Part shown: piece by piece, positions 54,054 through 57,714 of the stretch
Position numbering within the stretch: the first letter of the stretch is position 1
Layout of the letters: each line of letters begins with the position of its first letter
Virus record (IMG/VR): IMGVR_UViG_3300044806_000061
Coordinates: 1-57,714 of that record
DNA: 57,714 bases
Origin: a virus
Taxonomy: Duplodnaviria; Caudoviricetes
Reading direction: 5' to 3' (one strand)
Notes under the pieces: model-generated
The model's database searches: none
What the model was told of the DNA's origin: nothing
Seen by the model: only the letters and a program-made list of their open reading frames with translations
Program-made: the position numbers and the translations under genes

Positions 54054-54377
54054 TTAAACCCAAGGTGGCACAGTTTTAACAAAACTCTGTTCGAGAAGAA
54101 CTTTATCCAACCACTGCTTGATAGCTTCCAGTTGCAGAGATCCCAAGGCTTCTTCAACCCATGTGGCAAGCTGGTCATGCGTCAGATCAGCAAATGCCGT
54201 GAATGTCTCTGATGTAGGGTCTTGTAATCGGACTTTATGTACCTGTTCTGCTGTACCACCTAGTCCGTCAGTTGCGTGGAGCTGACATACCGCTCGCCGA
54301 ACAACATCCGTAAATCCGAGGCATGACGGGTCGACATCCAGCTCTGAGAACGTCCAAGTGTATGTGTTCATTGTCAT
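54054..54377 (-). CDS. putative tail fibre assembly-type protein
   Basis: TYTW....DVV....F..F.DLT......WV...LG...PPW. Confidence 0.6.
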   Translation of the reverse strand: MTMNTYTWTFSELDVDPSCLGFTDVVRRAVCQLHATDGLGGTAEQVHKVRLQDPTSETFTAFADLTHDQLATWVEEALGSLQLEAIKQWLDKVLLEQSFVKTVPPWV

Positions 54378-54418
54378 CGCTCCAAAGGGAGAACTACGGG
54401 GATTTTGTCAGTTGTGGC

Positions 54419-54784
54419 TTACATCAAGCGTCTAAGCAAGAACAGGGTCGACAAGTGCAAGCTAACGATCTCGTCAATGATGTTCTGAAGGGCCGTATCG
54501 CGCTGTGGGGCCACCATGTAGCGATTGGCTTCAATCCACTCTAATGAGCCTTGCAAGAAGTCAATGATTTCTTCTTCAGGGCTTGCCCAAGACATCTGAA
54601 TTTCATCGATGTCGCCAAAGCGACCGATATAGGCTTCTGAGAAGGAATCAGCCAGCTCAACAATGCCTTCATAGAACTTCTGAAGAGCATCATGACGTGA
54701 GAACATGCTCGTAGTCAGGTGATTGGCGTGAGCCACTGAACGTTCAAAGAACATTAAACCTACGAATTCGCCTGCTGTAGCCAT
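54419..54784 (-). CDS. Dps/ferritin-like four-helix protein (DUF5856-like)
   Basis: H..H.....H.AL..FY.....D...E...G; LQNIIDE. Confidence 0.75.
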   Translation of the reverse strand: MATAGEFVGLMFFERSVAHANHLTTSMFSRHDALQKFYEGIVELADSFSEAYIGRFGDIDEIQMSWASPEEEIIDFLQGSLEWIEANRYMVAPQRDTALQNIIDEIVSLHLSTLFLLRRLM

Positions 54785-54846
54785 ATCATTATTCCTTATC
54801 GAAGTTCGACATATTACTCTATTTTGCTCTATTTGGCAATCAAAAC

Positions 54847-55410
54847 CTACTTACCCTGCCCAATACCGGCCACCGCTTTTGCCATTGCTTCGGTTTTGTC
54901 TGAGCTACCCTTGGATGAGCCAAAGAAGTAACCGACCACCTGTTGCGCGTTCGAGGCTACATAACCGAGAACTGTTCCTACCAAGCCGAATACTACAGCC
55001 ACAATGGATGGGTCTTTAATGGTCATTCCGCCCAGGAGCATAGAGTGAGCCGTCCACATGACTGCACCCATGATGAGTGAGAATGTAATAAGAATTGCGA
55101 TACCTAGCCAAAACACTCTTGCGTCGCTCGAGTGAGCGTGGCGAGCGTCCTGCACGTCACTGATATAGGCTTCCTCGAGTTTGATGTCCAGTTGCTTGAT
55201 CTGTACCGCGTAGTCCTGATCGGCCTTCTTGAGGGCTAGAAGCTGTTCTGGAGTGGCGTTCTTGACCGCTTCTGCGATCTGGGCCTCAGTACCATCGTCT
55301 TTACCTAAGAATACTTCAGAGAGAACTCTGACGGCTGTGCCGGCCAGTGGTGAGCCTAGCGCTGTCGCAACTGTCGGGGCTACTGTTCTTACTATGTCTT
55401 TCCAATCCAT
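54847..55410 (-). CDS. holin-like membrane protein
   Basis: APT.ATALG.PLAG, D.QDAR, TM segments, YFFGSS.GS..K. Confidence 0.7.
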   Translation of the reverse strand: MDWKDIVRTVAPTVATALGSPLAGTAVRVLSEVFLGKDDGTEAQIAEAVKNATPEQLLALKKADQDYAVQIKQLDIKLEEAYISDVQDARHAHSSDARVFWLGIAILITFSLIMGAVMWTAHSMLLGGMTIKDPSIVAVVFGLVGTVLGYVASNAQQVVGYFFGSSKGSSDKTEAMAKAVAGIGQGK

Positions 55411-55472
55411 ATTAAACCCCGAGCTGTTCGTCTGTTAATGGGAGTTGTGGTTTATCGGCCATAATCAAGTTC

Positions 55473-55658
55473 TCAGCTTAGGTTACGTAATTTGTAAAGC
55501 GTAGATAAATAAGTTTCCACAGCCGTATCAATTAGATTCTGAATAGGTGTGTCGGACTTCTCAACCGCAGTATAGCGAAGCTTCTCCACCATACCAAGAT
55601 GTTTTTCAAGAATATCTGCAAGTAATGCAGTGGCATTGTTTTTAAACAGGGCAGACAT
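55473..55658 (-). pseudogene. chimeric ORF: short N-terminus fused to the C-terminal part of a Dps-like protein
   Basis: RY......DT.IQNLID.....LSTLY.LR.L aligns with the end of 54419..54784. Confidence 0.6.
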
Positions 55659-55807
55659 GTGTATCTCCTAATGTGCTGATTTTATAGGGTATTTGGGTAT
55701 TATGCAAGAGACTTATGGTTCTACTCAAGCAGCGCTTAATGGATTTTTTGCAAAGACAGCCATGATCTCTCCATTACTCGGTTAATAGAGAATGGATCTC
55801 CACTCAC

Positions 55808-55957
55808 CTATGGATCGTATCTTGTCTTTTGAGCACCAAGAACGGTAGTAACGGAAGGTAACTTTGTACCATCAGGTAAAGTATAATATCTTTTACCATC
55901 AGGAAAGGTTTGAGATTTTAGGTCAGTAAGGACTTTGGGAGGACAAAAATTAAACAT
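55808..55957 (-). pseudogene. N-terminal fragment (49 aa) of a phage PD-(D/E)XK-type exonuclease
   Basis: hand translation: DGKRYYTLPDG.KLPSVTTVLG then early stop. Confidence 0.6.
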
Positions 55958-55989
55958 TCACACTTTCATTATATAAACATCATTATATA

Positions 55990-56490
55990 CTATTTAATTC
56001 CTATTACAAAACAATCTGTAGTAGCTACAACTTGAACAGTTGGTGAATGTACACCAACAATATATGGTCCTGTAATTGCAACACCATTGAGTAGTGCTTC
56101 ACCTTTGGCAACTAAAATACATTTTTTGTTTTCCAAAGTAACTGATTCTCCTGCAATCATTTTTAATTCTTCACGGATTATCAATGATCTCATTTTAGAA
56201 AAACAAACATGTTCAGTTTCTTCAGCACCGACCTTAAATGTATACACACCCCGTTCATATGTCATTGGAAAAGTATCATCTGTAGTTCCTTCGATCCAAG
56301 AAGCAACTAATGCATCATTCGGATCATACAATTTTGCAGATCCTCGCAGAATAATGCCGTAATGATCCAAATTTGTACTAGTCACTTGAGATTCCACAAC
56401 AATAGGAACAATCGTATGTGGTGGAGTTATTAAAGTAAGCGCTATCACGTCACCATAAATTTCTTGGCTGGATATATTCATTAAACTCAT
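55990..56490 (-). CDS. hypothetical protein (AT-rich block)
   Basis: ORF, coupled to upstream gene. Confidence 0.65.
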   Translation of the reverse strand: MSLMNISSQEIYGDVIALTLITPPHTIVPIVVESQVTSTNLDHYGIILRGSAKLYDPNDALVASWIEGTTDDTFPMTYERGVYTFKVGAEETEHVCFSKMRSLIIREELKMIAGESVTLENKKCILVAKGEALLNGVAITGPYIVGVHSPTVQVVATTDCFVIGIK

Positions 56491-56831
56491 ACAGAAATCT
56501 TTCCAAATTTGAAACCATTAATTCCTGGAGCAGATGTGATAGTTGTCTGATCGGAAGGAGCATTATCATGAACTTTTTGTAAACCTTCCAATAACTTATC
56601 TTGTCCATTAAACTGAGAGAAAGCCCATTCGATAATTTGTTCATTGGTTATATTGGAAAAGTCTGTAAAATTAGGAATATTAGATGTGTCAAATTTACCA
56701 ATTACCATATGTTTGGTCGTTTTTGATTCGTCTGATATTTCCACCTCCACATAGGCTTCTGCTATCGCATTGGTGTGTTGATCGTTGTTTATCAACTTCA
56801 AAGATGTTAATTTAATTGTAATATCACTCAT
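56487..56831 (-). CDS. putative tail fibre assembly-type protein, distant paralog of 54054..54377
   Basis: F.DF..IT.EQI.EW motif. Confidence 0.55.
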   Translation of the reverse strand: MSDITIKLTSLKLINNDQHTNAIAEAYVEVEISDESKTTKHMVIGKFDTSNIPNFTDFSNITNEQIIEWAFSQFNGQDKLLEGLQKVHDNAPSDQTTITSAPGINGFKFGKISV

Positions 56832-57277
56832 GTTTTTCTTCCTCCGTAAAATTGATTAAGACTAATTTGTCCGCTGCCAGGTATTCCCGTATTGACTGTT
56901 TCATAGGCCGTGTAGTAAGAATTTCGAGCGATTGCATATTCATCGAGACTCAATTTATCATCGTGGGCAACATAATAAGACCTATAATATAGATATCCCC
57001 CGATAGATATCGAGTAAGTCCCTGCTGGAATATTATCAGCTACACTGCCGCCTCCCCACTGGGCGCTATTGCCTGTTTCGCCGCCGTTATACCAAGTGAG
57101 CCAGGAAGTTGCGCCTTGAGTGTAATACGGTCCCTCAGTTGCAGTAGCCGTATATGGAATAGATGCAGGTACTAAAGCTCCACCACGATAGTATTCACTC
57201 ATGGAATATGGAGGACTATCACCGAACTCAGCCGCCAAGTTGGCAAGGCTAATCGCACCGGAACCTTGTAATGACAT
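56828..57277 (-). CDS. putative fibre-tip adhesin/accessory protein
   Basis: SGAISL....EFG...SMSEYYRGG ... P.SG.IS...FYG, typical of genes directly after fibres. Confidence 0.6.
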   Translation of the reverse strand: MSLQGSGAISLANLAAEFGDSPPYSMSEYYRGGALVPASIPYTATATEGPYYTQGATSWLTWYNGGETGNSAQWGGGSVADNIPAGTYSISIGGYLYYRSYYVAHDDKLSLDEYAIARNSYYTAYETVNTGIPGSGQISLNQFYGGRKT

Positions 57278-57319
57278 TTAGTTTTTATCTTTCTTAAAAA
57301 TATTCTTTACCGTTTTTCA

Positions 57320-57714
57320 TTATGGTGTACCGTAAGCAGTTATGTTTGATGCCGCAGTTAAATTACCAGTAGAAGACATTGACATTACTACAGTTGATCC
57401 GTATTTAAACTGAAGAACCCCACCTGCTTCAACAACAGTAAAGTTAGAAGTTACTAAAGAAGTAGCTGTACTTGCGTTTCCAGTGACATTTCCAGTGACA
57501 TTGCCGGTTAAATTACCAGTGACATTGCCGGTTAAATTACCAGTGACATTGCCGGTTAAATTACCAGTGACATTGCCGGTTAAATTACCAGTGACATCGC
57601 CAGTGACATCGCCGATAATTGAGATTGCCCATGTTCCGCTTGGCGTAACGGTCGATGCCGCTGTTACGCGACCTTTCGCGTCTACAGTGATTGACGGAAT
57701 GGAGTTATTCCCAC
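57320..57714 (-). CDS. tail fibre protein, C-terminal part (5' end outside window)
   Basis: hand translation ITVDAKGRVT...(GNLTGNVT)n...NITAYGTP stop. Confidence 0.8.
   Translation of the reverse strand, partial: GNNSIPSITVDAKGRVTAASTVTPSGTWAISIIGDVTGDVTGNLTGNVTGNLTGNVTGNLTGNVTGNLTGNVTGNVTGNASTATSLVTSNFTVVEAGGVLQFKYGSTVVMSMSSTGNLTAASNITAYGTP
57480..57611. repeat. tandem repeat CCAGTGACATTGCCGGTTAAATTA x4 plus three 12-bp half units
   Basis: perfect 24-mers at 57492-57587; encodes GNLTGNVT. Confidence 0.95.

Noticed and set aside
1004-56362. Plus-strand ORFs of the six-frame track in general
   Set aside because: They overlap well-supported minus-strand genes and show no recognisable motifs; treated as shadow ORFs.
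48621-57714. Diversity-generating retroelement or invertible tail-fibre switch
   Set aside because: No reverse transcriptase or invertase, no adenine-specific TR/VR pair noticed, and no inverted fibre segments.

Overview
A 57.7-kb segment of a tailed dsDNA phage or phage-plasmid genome, with essentially all genes on the minus strand. In transcription order (right to left): (i) a tail-fibre/lysis region with three fibre genes (one partial), assembly-type proteins, a Dps/ferritin-like protein, two holin-like proteins and a GH19 endolysin, whose far end is an AT-rich, apparently imported block ending in gene fragments; (ii) a replication/recombination region: metallophosphoesterase, PhoH, Hfq-like protein, DnaB, primase, ATP-dependent ligase, guanylate kinase, CobT/CobS-like pair, sigma-70-like factor, DnaE with a C-terminal UDG-like domain, SSB, 5'-3' exonuclease, RecA, SleB-like hydrolase, SbcD/SbcC, RuvC-like resolvase; (iii) nucleotide metabolism (class II RNR, ThyX, MazG-like, P-loop kinase) plus tRNA-Ser(UGA) and tRNA-Thr(UGU); (iv) many small accessory genes. 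There are four free-standing homing endonucleases and one remnant. Gene content resembles SSU5/pHCM2-type phage-plasmids (inference). The most striking unexplained structures are: an AT-rich array (~3.7-6.9 kb) of tiny, translationally coupled gene cassettes joined by a ~23-bp direct repeat (TAAGAAAGGCAAGTGAGAAATGA) and built from shuffled motif blocks; a window-wide palindrome AGTCA-N4-TGACT (~20 copies) in fixed registers relative to sigma70-type promoters, many of which carry a fixed-position CCTGTA spacer element; and a phage-encoded Hfq homolog. All family assignments come from motif recognition by eye; no searches were run. Several start codons were moved from the ORF track using RBS and stop/start overlaps.
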